Below are positions 52,637 through 64,000 of a DNA stretch of 64,000 nt, one piece after another. The DNA lies in assembly GCA_013265495.1 (NCBI GenBank), contig MU058844.1:2149520-2213519 (forward strand), in the 5' to 3' direction. Below the pieces are notes generated by a model, which worked only from the letters and a program-made list of their open reading frames with translations, had not been told where the DNA came from and searched no databases. The stretch is from Vicugna vicugna (taxonomy: Eukaryota). Position numbers and translations under genes: made by a program. Position 1 is the stretch's first letter. Every line of letters begins with the position of its first letter.

Positions 52637-53522
52637 ATGGCAACCACAATCTGTTTCATCATCTGGGTGTTATTCATAACAGATACTGTATGGACTCGAA
52701 GTGTGAGACAGGTTTATGAGGGAAGTGATCCAGAGGACTGGACGGTGCATGACTTCGATTGTCCCAGGGAATGTTTCTGTCCCCCCAGTTTCCCTACTTC
52801 TTTGTACTGTGAAAATCGAGGTCTCAAAGAAATCCCTGCTATACCATCAAGGATCTGGTATCTTTATCTTGAAAACAACCTGATAGAAACCATTCCTGAG
52901 AAGCCATTCGAGAATGCCACCCAGCTGAGATGGATAAATCTAAACAAGAACAAAATAACCAACTATGGAATTGAAAAAGGAGCCCTGAGCCAACTAAAGA
53001 AGCTGCTTTTCTTATTTCTGGAAGACAATGAGCTAGAGGAGGTACCTTCTCCATTGCCAAGAAGTTTAGAACAACTGCAATTAGCTAGAAACAAGGTATC
53101 CAGAATTCCTCAAGGGACTTTCAGCAATCTAGAGAACCTGACCCTTCTTGACCTGCAGCACAATAAACTATTGGACAATGCCTTTCAAAGAGACACCTTC
53201 AAGGGACTCAAGAACCTCATGCAACTAAATATGGCTAAGAACGCCCTGAGGAATATGCCACCAAGATTACCAGCCAATACAATGCAGCTGTTTTTAGACA
53301 ACAATTCCATAGAAGGAATACCAGAAAATTATTTTAATGTGATTCCTAAAGTGGCCTTCCTGAGACTCAACCACAACAAATTATCAGATGCTGGTCTCCC
53401 TTCAAGTGGTTTTAATGTATCATCAATTCTAGATCTTCAATTGTCTCACAACCAGCTCACAAAAGTCCCCCGAATCAGTGCTCACCTGCAGCACCTTCAC
53501 CTCGATCATAACAAAATTAAAA
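52637..53522 (+). CDS. KERA: Keratocan first coding exon (aa 1-295 plus 1 nt)
   Basis: Acceptor 'cccttattctag|' at 52628/52629; ATG at 52637 (ATAATGG). Signal peptide MATTICFIIWVLFITDTVWT, cluster C42-x3-C-x-C-x9-C58, LRRs, sequons N93/N167/N222/N260. Donor A|GTAAGT at 53522/53523 (phase 1). Confidence 0.99.
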
Positions 53523-53964
53523 GTAAGTAACCATCAGGGTGTGTCTTTGACTAAGATGCTCATGGTTATTCAATTTATTCTCTCTCTTTAAGAATAGCAA
53601 CACTGTTTGGTTTTTCTTCCCTAACTCTTGTACCCTGAGATTTTTTTTAGTGTATTTTCAAGTTTTGTCTGTTCACAGACAATGTCAATGAACCAAGAAG
53701 ATCAGATCTTCAAACTGTAGATTGAAAAGTGGACTTTAGTAACCTACAGAGGGCTATTACCTATTGGAGAGACTCGATGTCTCTCTCTTCTTTTACTCTG
53801 AGGAGATTCTGGTATTTTTGCTTCACTGAGTAGACATACTGAAGAAGGTGCACCAGACACAAGCAACCTCATGAATAGTAGTAGAAGGAATACAATTTAG
53901 GAGGTATCAGAAAGGCACCTCTGTCCTAAAAACTATGATCACACTAATTAGAGTTTCCCGCTTT

Positions 53965-54128
53965 AGACCAGTGCGTGTCTCACCTTTAGAGTACACAGCT
54001 GAGTGGCTCCACCCTAGAGCTTCTGATTGAATAGGTCTGGTGGGATCCGAGATTTTTCATTTGTAAGAAGTTCCCTAGGGATGCTGAGACTGCTGTTCTG
54101 GACCACGCATTGGGAACCAATACTGTAG
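53965..54128. mobile_element. MER5A-like hAT DNA transposon in KERA intron
   Basis: Termini 'cagtgcgtgtctca' and 'tgggaaccaatactg'; internal 'ttctgattgaataggtctgg..aagttccctagggatgctgagactgctg'. Confidence 0.7.
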
Positions 54129-57100
54129 TTTAAGACTTTGCTCAATTAAAATTGAAACAAATGTCCCTGGCAGTTGGCAACTCCTTTGGAGAAATGACAA
54201 TCAGCAAGGTAGCATACCCACCCCTTTCCCTGAAAATAGCTTTTGATAAGAAAGAGAGAAATGAGTGCAAAGTGCCTTGGAGGCAGAGGTGCCACCAAGG
54301 GAAGAAGTGGTTATAGAAAGAAGAGGTTGGAGACATTAAAGGCAAACTTGGCATCTTCACAATTATGCCTGAGACCAGACTGACCCTGGTGTAAAAGTGG
54401 ACGATATCTCGGTCCAACCACAAGGGTGTTAGTACCAGCTGGAAGCTCTCCATGCATTCTCAACCCTAGCACAATCCCTTTAGGAAGATAATCGAGGCGA
54501 TTCAGAACAACCTTATAAAATACATTCCTAAAGTGAGAATCTGTTGGATAGTTGATAGGAAAATAACACAGATAATTGTCAGAAGGCATTGCTGCCTGGT
54601 TATTACTCATTGAAGTTTTCTTTAAGCAAACAGTTACAGAAACATGCCATTTGTAAGAATAGACTGGCTATTCAATTTTTTTTCAAACAATATACTTAAG
54701 TATAAAATCCTGGAACTAAAGAGCAGGCTGCTGCCACACCACTGAGTTTTCCATGGTGATGAGACACATTGCTTAATCTTGTAGTTAAAGTAGAAGATGC
54801 AACGGAAAAAAAACGTTAATAGCTAAGTCTGTTTCACTGAAGCAAATAGTAGAACAGCCAATATCAACCCATATAGATACAATTTTTTTTTCTAGAAGAA
54901 AGTTCTGTGCTTCTACAGGTGGATTCCTTATCTGACAACAAAGTCCCATTGACATTTGATGTAAGAAGTTAATTTAAAGTGATTCCACATAGAGCCCTGT
55001 TTGTGACCTGGGGATTCCCCTGGGGATTTGAGACAGGGTATTCACGGGTGAGGGAGCAACATTCAACACACAGTTGGGCACCTATGCTTGGCATTTACAG
55101 AGTTATACAAAGAGGACTCTGTTCTTCCACTCACTCTTTAGAGAGTTTTTTCAGAGTGTTTTCTCATATATTTCTATTTTTCAATTGTCCTCATCCCTCA
55201 TTGTGCATCAGAATTACCTGGACAGCTTATAAAACCCAGGTTTCTGGGCTCTAGCCTCCTCCTTTTTCTGAAAAAAAGAGAAACTGAGGCTCAACTAGGT
55301 GAGGCTGTTTTCCCAAGGACAGAGGATAAACATAATAGCCAGGATCTGAGCCCAAGATTTCCCATTTTAGGTGTTTTTTCCCACTCCTACATTATAATCA
55401 TAGCACATTTCTCTTCAATCCCCGAAATACAAGATTTAAGATAAATTTCTATAAATAGAGGTAAGAAACATTTTAATAGCAACTACACCAACAAAGAGAA
55501 ACTGATTGACTTGCTTCTTAATGTAGATATCAGGGATGGTCATTTCTATATTCCAAGAAAATAAATGTAAAAGATGAATTTTTTTGGCAAGAATTATTGG
55601 CTCACTATTGTATCATACTGCATTAAACTAACTGTTAAAGTACTTAGTTCTTTTTACCACATAATCTACTCTAGCTGTTAATAAAGTGGTTTCCAGGAAA
55701 TGTACCTTTTATATGAAGAGTTCTCAGAATTTATAGGACAGTGAAATTTTCTTATGCAAAACAATTTCTTCTGAACATTTTAGGGGACTTAAAATTTTCA
55801 AAAGAGTTACTTCTTGGTAACTCTTCTCAGAAACATTATAATTAACTTATGAAAATATAATTTAATTTAAAACACTTGTTTTTACATTCTGTTCATTCAG
55901 ACATGCGTGGATGGTGACAGGGCTAAGGAAATGACCTATCAAAAGGGATGTAATCTCTCCAGCAGGCAAGGACAACTGTAGAGCAGGAAATGGACTAAGC
56001 AGCTGAACCCGGTGCACACCCCCTTATCTGTCTGAACCACTGTTCAGCAATGCTTATCTGGGGAGCATAATAATATTGCCTGATAAGAGCTGTGTGATGA
56101 TAAAGTGATTACATATGTGAAGAAATATAACTTAATGAACACAGATCTGTTACACAAATCCAAGTCATTATTTTTAGCAAGTTGAATTCACAAAATGGCA
56201 GAAGATCAGAGCAAAGTGCCCTCACTGTAAGTATAAAGTCCTTCAAAGTGAGTCAGTATGCACCAACGGGACACAAAGGAAAGCCACTGCCGAAGTTAGG
56301 TGGGCCTTATCTTCTAAGGGACCATCTCTTGCTCAAAACAGTTTCAAAAAATACGATTTAAAGGGAGTACATGGAATCATGGCTGAGATCAGCTATTGTG
56401 CACACTTCTCGGAATTTTGCTGGTTTAACAGTCTTCTCTCCTGAATGTTCCTAAATCTCAGTACAGACGTCGATGCCAAGGGCTCTGCTCCAAGGCAGGT
56501 GCATGATTTCTCACACCCTAACCCTGTGAAAAGGCTGACGGGATATTTCCTGGCTTGAATTTTTGTAATTCAATTCTTGGCAAATGCTTCCTTTCCAATT
56601 ATATGCACTTTAAGTATGGCAATTCAAGGTTGTTTTCTGCAAGTACCACATATATAAAGTTATATTAACTATACATTTAAAAAAGCTTGTCATGTACTAT
56701 TAGTTTGAGTGTTTGCATTTTTAAGGTAATTTTCAAGCACTTTCTCTAGTAATAGACTGATTTTCTACTTTCGCATTCATCAATCCACCCATCCACCTAC
56801 CCATTCTTTCGCTACCAGCTCTGAACCATTGCCTCTGCCTCTAATGCCCAAATACCACCTTCCTCATTCTATAATAAACTAATCATGCCATAGCTACCTT
56901 GCCAAGGGTAGAAAACAAGTGATATATCTTACACATCTCTGTTTCCATCACAACTTTTAACAGTATGTCTCTTCTAGTGCTCTGTATTAAGAATAACAAT
57001 ATATAGACTGGGATGACTAGACATTTCTTCAGGGTTACTTTCATAAAACAGATATGCATAACTTCCAACTTGCAAAGAAAGCGTTTGCTTCTCTTTAACT

Positions 57101-57214
57101 TTCACAGACCAGGCCATGAGGCCCCCCATCAGACTGTTGTCATAGCTTCTTGGTCTCCCCACCCCCAGTCTCTTGTGTTCCATTCATTCATTCGTTCTAT
57201 CTTTGTCTCCACAG

Positions 57215-57390
57215 ACGTGAACGTCTCTGTAATATGTCCTACCCTTCCTACCACACTGCCTGCAGAACAAGATTCCTTCAGTTACGGACCTCATCTTCGC
57301 TACCTCCGTCTGGATGGAAATGAAATCAAACCACCAATCCCCACAGATTTAATGACCTGCTTCAGGCTCCTTCAGGCTGTCATTATTTAA
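57215..57390 (+). CDS. KERA: Keratocan last coding exon; full protein 353 aa
   Basis: Acceptor 'ctttgtctccacag|' at 57214/57215. Translates (N)VNVSVICPTLPTTLPAEQDSFSYGPHLRYLRLDGNEIKPPIPTDLMTCFRLLQAVII*, with TAA ending at 57390. Confidence 0.98.
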
Positions 57391-57589
57391 ACATGTCGTC
57401 AACAATCTTAAATTGATTTAATGAGCTAATAGTTCTGACATGAAATGACATGGTTACCATTCATAGGTTTAAGATAAAAATCACATTTCTAATGGTTTGT
57501 GGCCACCATTTTTATTTGTGTAGCTGATTTTTTTCTATTCAAAGTTGCTTTTGCCAATGATATGTAGCACAGCCTGCTTTTCTTTGATT

Positions 57590-57595
57590 AATAAA
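57590..57595 (+). terminator. KERA: KERA candidate proximal poly(A) signal
   Basis: AATAAA 200 nt after the stop; U-rich 'tttctttttgtctttttc' ~40 nt downstream. Confidence 0.5.
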
Positions 57596-58174
57596 ACAGA
57601 CACAGAGTTAAGATAGTTTATCAACTCAAAGATAGTTTCTTTTTGTCTTTTTCACAGCTTACTAACACCAAGTAACGCAAATACACTGTTATGGGATAGA
57701 AAGCACATATTTGTTTGCAAACGTTCAAAATTACTTATGCAGATACTGTATTTAGAGTATAAACACAGTACTCTAACAGGAGGTAGGAATTTCTAGAGAA
57801 AATGGAAAAAGGAGACATTTCTTTATCATAGCTATTAAGGAATAATTAAATTCAGATTGTTAAGTAGCTTGTGTAAGTGTAAGTTTGCTATTTAGTCAAG
57901 AATGGGTATGAAATGCATTGAATATTATACAAGAAAGTTCTAGTCATTTAATACTAAATAACAGAGCAATAGTCATTTTGAGTTCACTACTTCTTACAGC
58001 TGCTGTTCTTAGATATTGTACAATATACAATATACTCTAGCAATTAAACAAGTCCTAGGTTTTACATTTATTATAACACATTTCTGACAGAATCTTAGTG
58101 TTTTAACACTTGAAATCCACTTGAATTGCAAATTGTTCAGTTCTTATATTTGCCAGTGTTTTCTGGACTTTTTA

Positions 58175-58180
58175 AATAAA
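58175..58180 (+). terminator. KERA: KERA candidate distal poly(A) signal (another at 58263-58268)
   Basis: AATAAA ~785 nt after the stop. Confidence 0.55.
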
Positions 58181-59224
58181 AAGTTAATGCTTTCTAACAA
58201 AACAGAAGTAAAATATTTATTTCAGGAGGCTGATTCACAAGCTTTGTTAAGAATATAGTTTTAATAAAAAGTGTTATAGTAACAATTATTTCCATTTTTC
58301 TAGCATGAATATATTAAGATACGTTTTTCTTCTAACCATTTTTCCTTTTTGACCCAGCAAACATAAGAAAAAATTATTTTCTAATCACTTGACATACCAT
58401 ACCTGTTTTTCACGAGTTAAAAAAATTAGGATCTTGTTAAAAAATCATGATTTTGTTAAGTACAAAGTGTAGTTTTCTTACACTTCTAATTTTGTTAGAT
58501 GCATGTTATTAACAATTAATATTCCATATAGATTAACACATTCATTTATATATATTTCTAGACAGTATTCTGAAAAAGCCTATAAAATAGGATATACTTT
58601 GTAGAAATATAAAAAGGTTCATATACATTTGTGAAACACCACATTAATGAAAGTTCAACATGTTACTTTAATCCAAGGCGTCTCAGAAACTTAATATGTT
58701 ATTCTGTTAAGTGAATTCCCAAGAAGAAAACATAAAGTGTAGTGTTGACTGTGTGTTTTCATACCAAAATGTATTTGGGGGTGGGAGGAAAGAACCAATG
58801 AACAGTTTTTTAATACTGGCTGAAGGCAAAAAACCAAATTAGTTGACGTTAAAAAGAATAATTTTAAAAGACTTCAAAGCATATACAGAAAATTATATCA
58901 TATAAAATTATTCCATAAAAATACCGGTAACCAGATATCATTAGGCTAGGATAAAAGAATCTGTTGAGAGAAACATAATAGCTTGAAATATCTGAAAACT
59001 TGCCATGTGAAAAAGGGGATAACACATATTCCAGGAAGCTCCAAAATGAAGAGCAAGCAGAACATATGGGTGAAATTTACAAGTAACCATATTTCAGCTC
59101 TAGCTAAGGAAGAATTTTCTGATAGTTGATCAAAGCCATTTAGCAATGGAAGTAGCTTTTCTTGAGGTAGAGTTTCCTACCACCAGAAATGTTCAGACAG
59201 AGATGATTCAAGAGAAAGGATATA

Positions 59225-59358
59225 GTGCAGGGAATTATACCCATTATCTTGTAATAACCTATAGTGAAATATAATCTGCAAAAATATCAAATCAGTATAC
59301 TGTACACTTGAAACTAACATAAATTGTAAATCAACTATACTTCAATCTAAAATAAAAG
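59225..59358 (+). mobile_element. ~135-bp L1 3' stub with perfect 14-bp TSD
   Basis: L1 tail 'gggaattatacccattatcttgtaataacctata...ttgtaaatcaactatacttcaat' flanked by agagaaaggatata at 59211-59224 and 59359-59372. Confidence 0.9.
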
Positions 59359-59489
59359 AGAGAAAGGATATAAAAAGAATCCCTGATCTGAAAGCAAAAT
59401 TGTAAAATATTCCTATTAGACCTTTCAACTCAAAGGATTTTCATCCATCCTTCCTTCTTTCTTTTCTTCCTTCCTCCTTGTCTTTTTTT

Positions 59490-60610
59490 CATTTATTTCA
59501 TAAAATATATATCGAGTGCCACATATATATATATATAGCAACTGTACTAAACACTGGGAATGTTATAGTGTGCACAATTTATATGAAACATCAATTTACT
59601 GAATAATCACAAAAATATGTAAAGTTTCATCTGTGATAAGTGCTATTAACAGAGAGCTGCACGGTGCAAAGGAATATGAAAGGATTCCCTAAAGAAATAA
59701 TGATTAAGTAAACACATAAAGGATGAGAAGTATTTAATAACACACGGTAAGAGGGAAGAGTATTCTAGGTAACATTTAAAGACTTTACGGTCTCTAGGAA
59801 CAATTTGGAAGTTACTGAAGAGGTTTTAAGCCCTAAGAGAATATGTTCACTGAGAGGTAATCATGTAGTGGTAGACAACATTAACACTGAAGCTAAAACA
59901 TTGCTGCTTTCAAATACCAGCATCACTGTTCTGTGGTCCTGGGCAGGATCTTTAAATTTTTGTGCCTCAGTTTGTTCTAACCTGTAAAATGAGGACAAGT
60001 GGTAGCACCTAACTTATGGTGAGAATTAAGTGAGTTAGAACAATGTAAAGTGTCTTGAATAGTGCAGGATACATGGCATGGTAAGCATTAAGTTAAATGT
60101 TTGTTATTACCATTGGGGCCATATGTATACAATATAAATAGAGATATGTACTAGATATATATAGATATGTGCATATACACACGTTTGCAAAAGTTTCTTC
60201 TCGATGCAGTGAGTGAAACAATTTGGAGGGGATCAAGACTGGTTTGAGAAGATCAGTTAGGATTTTAATATAAATTAGCAAAAGGAAAGGTATTTTGAAG
60301 TATAACATCACTGATCATGGTGGTAGAAACAGAAGCGGACAAAGGTGAGGGAATCAGGAGGTAAAACCATCTGAATTTGATGGTCGACTGGACAGGTGGA
60401 AATGAGAGCAAGGAGGTGTGAAGGACTCTGTGTGCATAATTGAATAGATGGAGGTACATTTTCCACAGGGAATGTGTCTAGAAGAGAAGATCATGAGTTT
60501 GTTTTTAGACATGGTTAGCTTGAAATTATTTTGATTTATCCAAGAGGAGCTGTCATGTAAGTGGTTTAATGATGACTATGAGAGGCCTGGATAGATATGT
60601 AAACATAGAG
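59490..60610. mobile_element. LINE-2 (minus) interrupted by a MIR (plus, ~59900-60110)
   Basis: L2 tail 'catttatttcataaaatatatatcgagtgcc'. MIR core 'tgtgcctcagtttgttctaacctgtaaaatgagga...gagaattaagtgag'. Confidence 0.65.
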
Positions 60611-61659
60611 GTGAAATTTTCTAAATTTTATTAACATTTCCAATAATTCTGGAAGAATTCTGCATTTAAATATTCATGGTCCCATGAGGTAAGACTGAGT
60701 CAGGAACAGAGCATGCATTAGGAGAATGAACACATAATAATTCTAAGTATTGACATATGAAGCTGTGAGGAATCAAATGAGCTTTCTACTAGCAATTCTT
60801 TTTAGTTTTTAATTTTTTAAAATACCCACACAAAATTACTAGACTGTTCTTAAGATTCACAAATAATCTGCTGTTCCATTTTTTGATGTATACATTGTGA
60901 CTACTAAAACAAAATCAAGAAAAATAGCTAGGGGATAAACTGAAGCCACTTTTAAAATGATGGGATCATAATAAATGCTCAAGCTCTCATTTACAGCCCT
61001 AACGAAAACACCGAACAAGACAAAACAACATTATCCATGATCTCTCCATGTAAATATCATGAACTTATAGCCAAAAAGAAAAAAGGCAGTATCCAATGAT
61101 ATTTTCAAATGATAATGTTTAGAAAAATTAAAATGGACTTATGCTGGCTGTAATGGTAGAAATTCTATAACAGAATTGTTTTATTTGGTTCCCCCTTCAC
61201 AAAAAGACAAAACACAAAAAACTTAGAACAACTGATATGGTGAAAAGAAATTCCCAGCTGACATCTTTGAAAAAAACTGGTGTCAATCCAATTAATTCCC
61301 CAAAATGATTGAACATAAATGTGTGTGTAGATACTGATAGATAATAGACAGAAAGATAGATAGACAGACAGAGAAATATATATAGATGTTTAAAGTGTTC
61401 TAAAGACCATGCATTGGCAAGGAGGAGTGTAAATTTTATTGGTTAAAGTTAGGAGTATATGTTATATATAAAGTTAACCACAATATATAGGTAAAGAATG
61501 CATAACTGTCAAACTAATAGAAAGAAAAATAGGATGACAAAAGGTATTTATTGAGTCCAAGAAACAGCAAGAAGAGAAAGTTTAAAAAAAGGACAAGTAG
61601 AAAGCATATAATAGTGCATTTGAAGCCATGTATATTGATAATTACATGGTACAGCTGTT

Positions 61660-61890
61660 GGGAACTTGTGTTTTGGAGAAAATAGACTGAGTTTCATATC
61701 CTGCCTGTGCCATTTACTAACTCTTTGATCTTTAGAAAATGTCTTAACAGTTCTAAGCATTGGATCTCATCTGCAAAATAGGGAACAATATCAACTATCT
61801 TACACTTTTGCTATGAGGGTAAGAGAAAGAACAGATGTGCAGTTCTTGTCACCTGACACATAGAAAGTACCCAATAACTGACGAGTAGAA
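61660..61890 (+). mobile_element. MIR SINE
   Basis: 'agactgagtttcatatcctgcctgtgccatttactaac...ctcatctgcaaaataggga'. Confidence 0.7.
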
Positions 61891-63477
61891 GTATTATTAG
61901 CAGACACAGCAATAAACAAAATTGCACACAATTTCTCTAAACAAGACCATTTTACAAATAAGGAACTAAGAAGAATGATTGAGCTGATCCAAGCTACAGG
62001 TTTTAAGTTTTGGTGCGATGAAAGGGAAGAGTCCAATGGCATTGAGAGTTAACAAATGGGGCCAGTGAACCGTGAGACTGACGTTGGATAGCGAAGGAAA
62101 TAAAATCAGGATGGGATAGGTAAGTTGGGAGGAGAAGACTGAAACAGAGTTTGAGGGGAATTTCAGAATACATGACCTGGAAGAAAAAGAGTGATCTGAG
62201 CTTAGGAGACTACACCTTAAAATGTCTTAAGTAGCCCAGCGCTAAGTAATGAGATTTTGGGTGTGCCCCTAGGAAGGAACCAGTAAAATAAAGGGGAAGT
62301 GAATGTCACCAAGGTCAAAGAGTCCAAGGAAGTATGATTTTGGAAGAATATCAGATGCAAGTGCTTCTAGTTTATTTTAGCACCCTGGAATCAGAGGGGA
62401 GTCAATACAAAATGACAAAAATTTCGAATAATACAAATAGTTTAAGTCTTAATCTTGCTCAATGTCACGGAGCTGTGAATGGCAGACACAGGGTTTAAAC
62501 CTAGGCTGTCTGGCTTCAGAGCTTCTGTTTTTGACCACTGTGTTATACCACCTCTCATGATAAAATATGCCATTATGGTTGAAAAAAGAGTAACAAAATT
62601 ATTTTAAGATATTATATATATACCTACAGCAATTGATTATTAACATACTGATTTAAAAGTTATTGTGTACTATGAAACGATATTTTGCACAACATCTGAA
62701 GCATTGCGTATATTGAAGGCAATTCATAATTTAGCAAAAAACAAAATGTTACATTTACCAAAAAACTGTAGGAAATTATTGTTCTTTATGCACATGAGAC
62801 AGATCTTGGGACTACCTTGCTCAGAACATTTCTGTACTGGGAAAAGAACAAAAATGATACAGTATAAGCATGTTGTAGAATTCAAAACTGTTAGATAAAT
62901 ATAACACATAATTTGTAAAATCACAGGATTATTATCTTGAATGTTTAATTTATTGTTCTACGTTTGGAAAAATATCACTTTCTTTGTGACATTCAGCTGG
63001 GTAAACACAATTCAAGTGTGAAAAAAAAAAGAGAGAGACTCACTGTCAGTTCTTAAAGATTTCTTAAGACAAGTTAAAATTGTCCTGGAAAAAGATCAGA
63101 ACAGTAAAATGACTAGCAGGAGTGCCTTTTGCAAAAGCCATCAGCAAAGCTACCCATGGTGTATGTAATAGTGCCAGGGTTTGTTTCCAACAGGGCAAGA
63201 GCCCTGCCGTATATTCCATTTGCTGGCCTCCAGCCTGCATTAAAAGTGACATAACAAAGCTGTTGGTTAGTGGGAATACAGACTGGGAACACTATCCAGG
63301 TTGAGAAGTAGAAACACTGCCTTCGGAGAGATGGAAAGAGAGACGGAGCAAATGTATTTTCTACACAAGATTAGCAAATTTGGTTAATATACTGTTTTTA
63401 TATAGTTAGGAGGATAGGGACAGAAAGTGACTTGGGTGACTCAGTGGTTTCTAATGTATTAAAATCAAGGTTAGTGA

Positions 63478-63546
63478 CAGAAATTGACACATTGTAACTG
63501 ACTGCACTTCAATTAAAAAATAAAAATAAATTTAAAACAATTTTTA
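63478..63546 (+). mobile_element. Ultra-short L1 3' stub with 17-bp TSD
   Basis: 'cagaaattgacacattgtaactgactgcacttcaattaaaaaa' is nearly identical to ~7176-7218. Flanks: aaaatcaaggttagtga (63461-63477) and aaaatcaaggctggtga (63547-63563). Confidence 0.88.
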
Positions 63547-63564
63547 AAAATCAAGGCTGGTGAG

Positions 63565-63800
63565 ATACAGTAGGTAGTAAGAGCACCAATGATGTAGAGT
63601 CAGATAAAAATGAATTTGAATCCTAGATCTGCTAAGGGAAACTGAGCAAGTTACTCAAAGTTTTTGATCGCTGGTTCTTTAACTGCTGTAGGCAGAGAAT
63701 AATTTGTACTTTATATGCTAGTCCTCTGAGGACTAGAAATAGTGTATTTAAGATGCCTAGACTATAGTAGGTGCTCAACAAATATGACTATAATCAGTAG
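63565..63800 (+). mobile_element. MIR SINE
   Basis: 'gtaagagcac...agagtcagat..tttgaatcctagatctgc..tgagcaagttactca...tagtaggtgctcaacaaat'. Confidence 0.7.
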
Positions 63801-64000
63801 TATTTTTGATATTATTATTATTTGAGGTTCTCAAGCAAAAATATGCTAAAGAAGTTTTAGACAATAATATATCTGTAAGGAATATGTGATAAAGCAAACA
63901 TAGCAAAATGAGACTGATAGAGTCCAAAGGCTCAGATTATAGATACTCACTGTAAAAATTCTTTCAATTTTGTTGTTTGAAAATTTTTGTAATAAAATTT

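Noticed and set aside
54142..54610. Overlapping ~100-aa minus-strand ORFs in the KERA intron
   Set aside because: No recognisable domain or gene structure; lengths expected by chance.
55802..55825. Small inverted repeats (9-bp stem here; palindromes at 20284-20304 and 58013-58026)
   Set aside because: Too short and AT-rich to exceed chance in 64 kb; no pre-miRNA-sized hairpin seen.
57013..57214. First ~67 aa of the 125-aa ORF 57013-57390
   Set aside because: Open intronic frame upstream of the acceptor at 57214; no LRR character.
1..64000. CRISPR arrays, rRNA/tRNA genes, prokaryotic operons or a novel multi-gene system
   Set aside because: None seen; the window is explained by two known intron-containing SLRP genes plus mammalian interspersed repeats.

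Overview
AT-rich mammalian genomic DNA carrying two intact class II small leucine-rich proteoglycan (SLRP) genes in tandem on the + strand. Lumican (LUM) has a non-coding exon 1 ending at 13065 and CDS 15476-16340 + 19285-19439 (339 aa). Keratocan (KERA) has a non-coding exon ending at 51271 and CDS 52637-53522 + 57215-57390 (353 aa). This matches the middle of the known DCN-LUM-KERA-EPYC cluster. Much of the remainder is transposon fossils: young cetartiodactyl-type L1 3' ends (several with target-site duplications), old L1/HAL1, L2, MIR, MER5, a Charlie/hAT transposase remnant, MaLR/MER21-like LTRs and a decayed ERVL provirus with recognisable RT/RNase H. The L1 tails and the absence of Alu, B1/B2, Bov-A/tA, PRE-1 and Can-SINEs point to a camelid-like artiodactyl (inference). 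I found no convincing previously undescribed biological system. The best leads are local: a candidate extra intron in the KERA 5' leader containing a uORF and an overlapping SOX/TCF-LEF site, a CTCF-like site in LUM intron 1, a remodelled sulfotyrosine N-terminus in lumican, and ultra-short L1 insertions. Repeat family names and comparisons to human proteins are from memory, not from database searches, and repeat boundaries are approximate.
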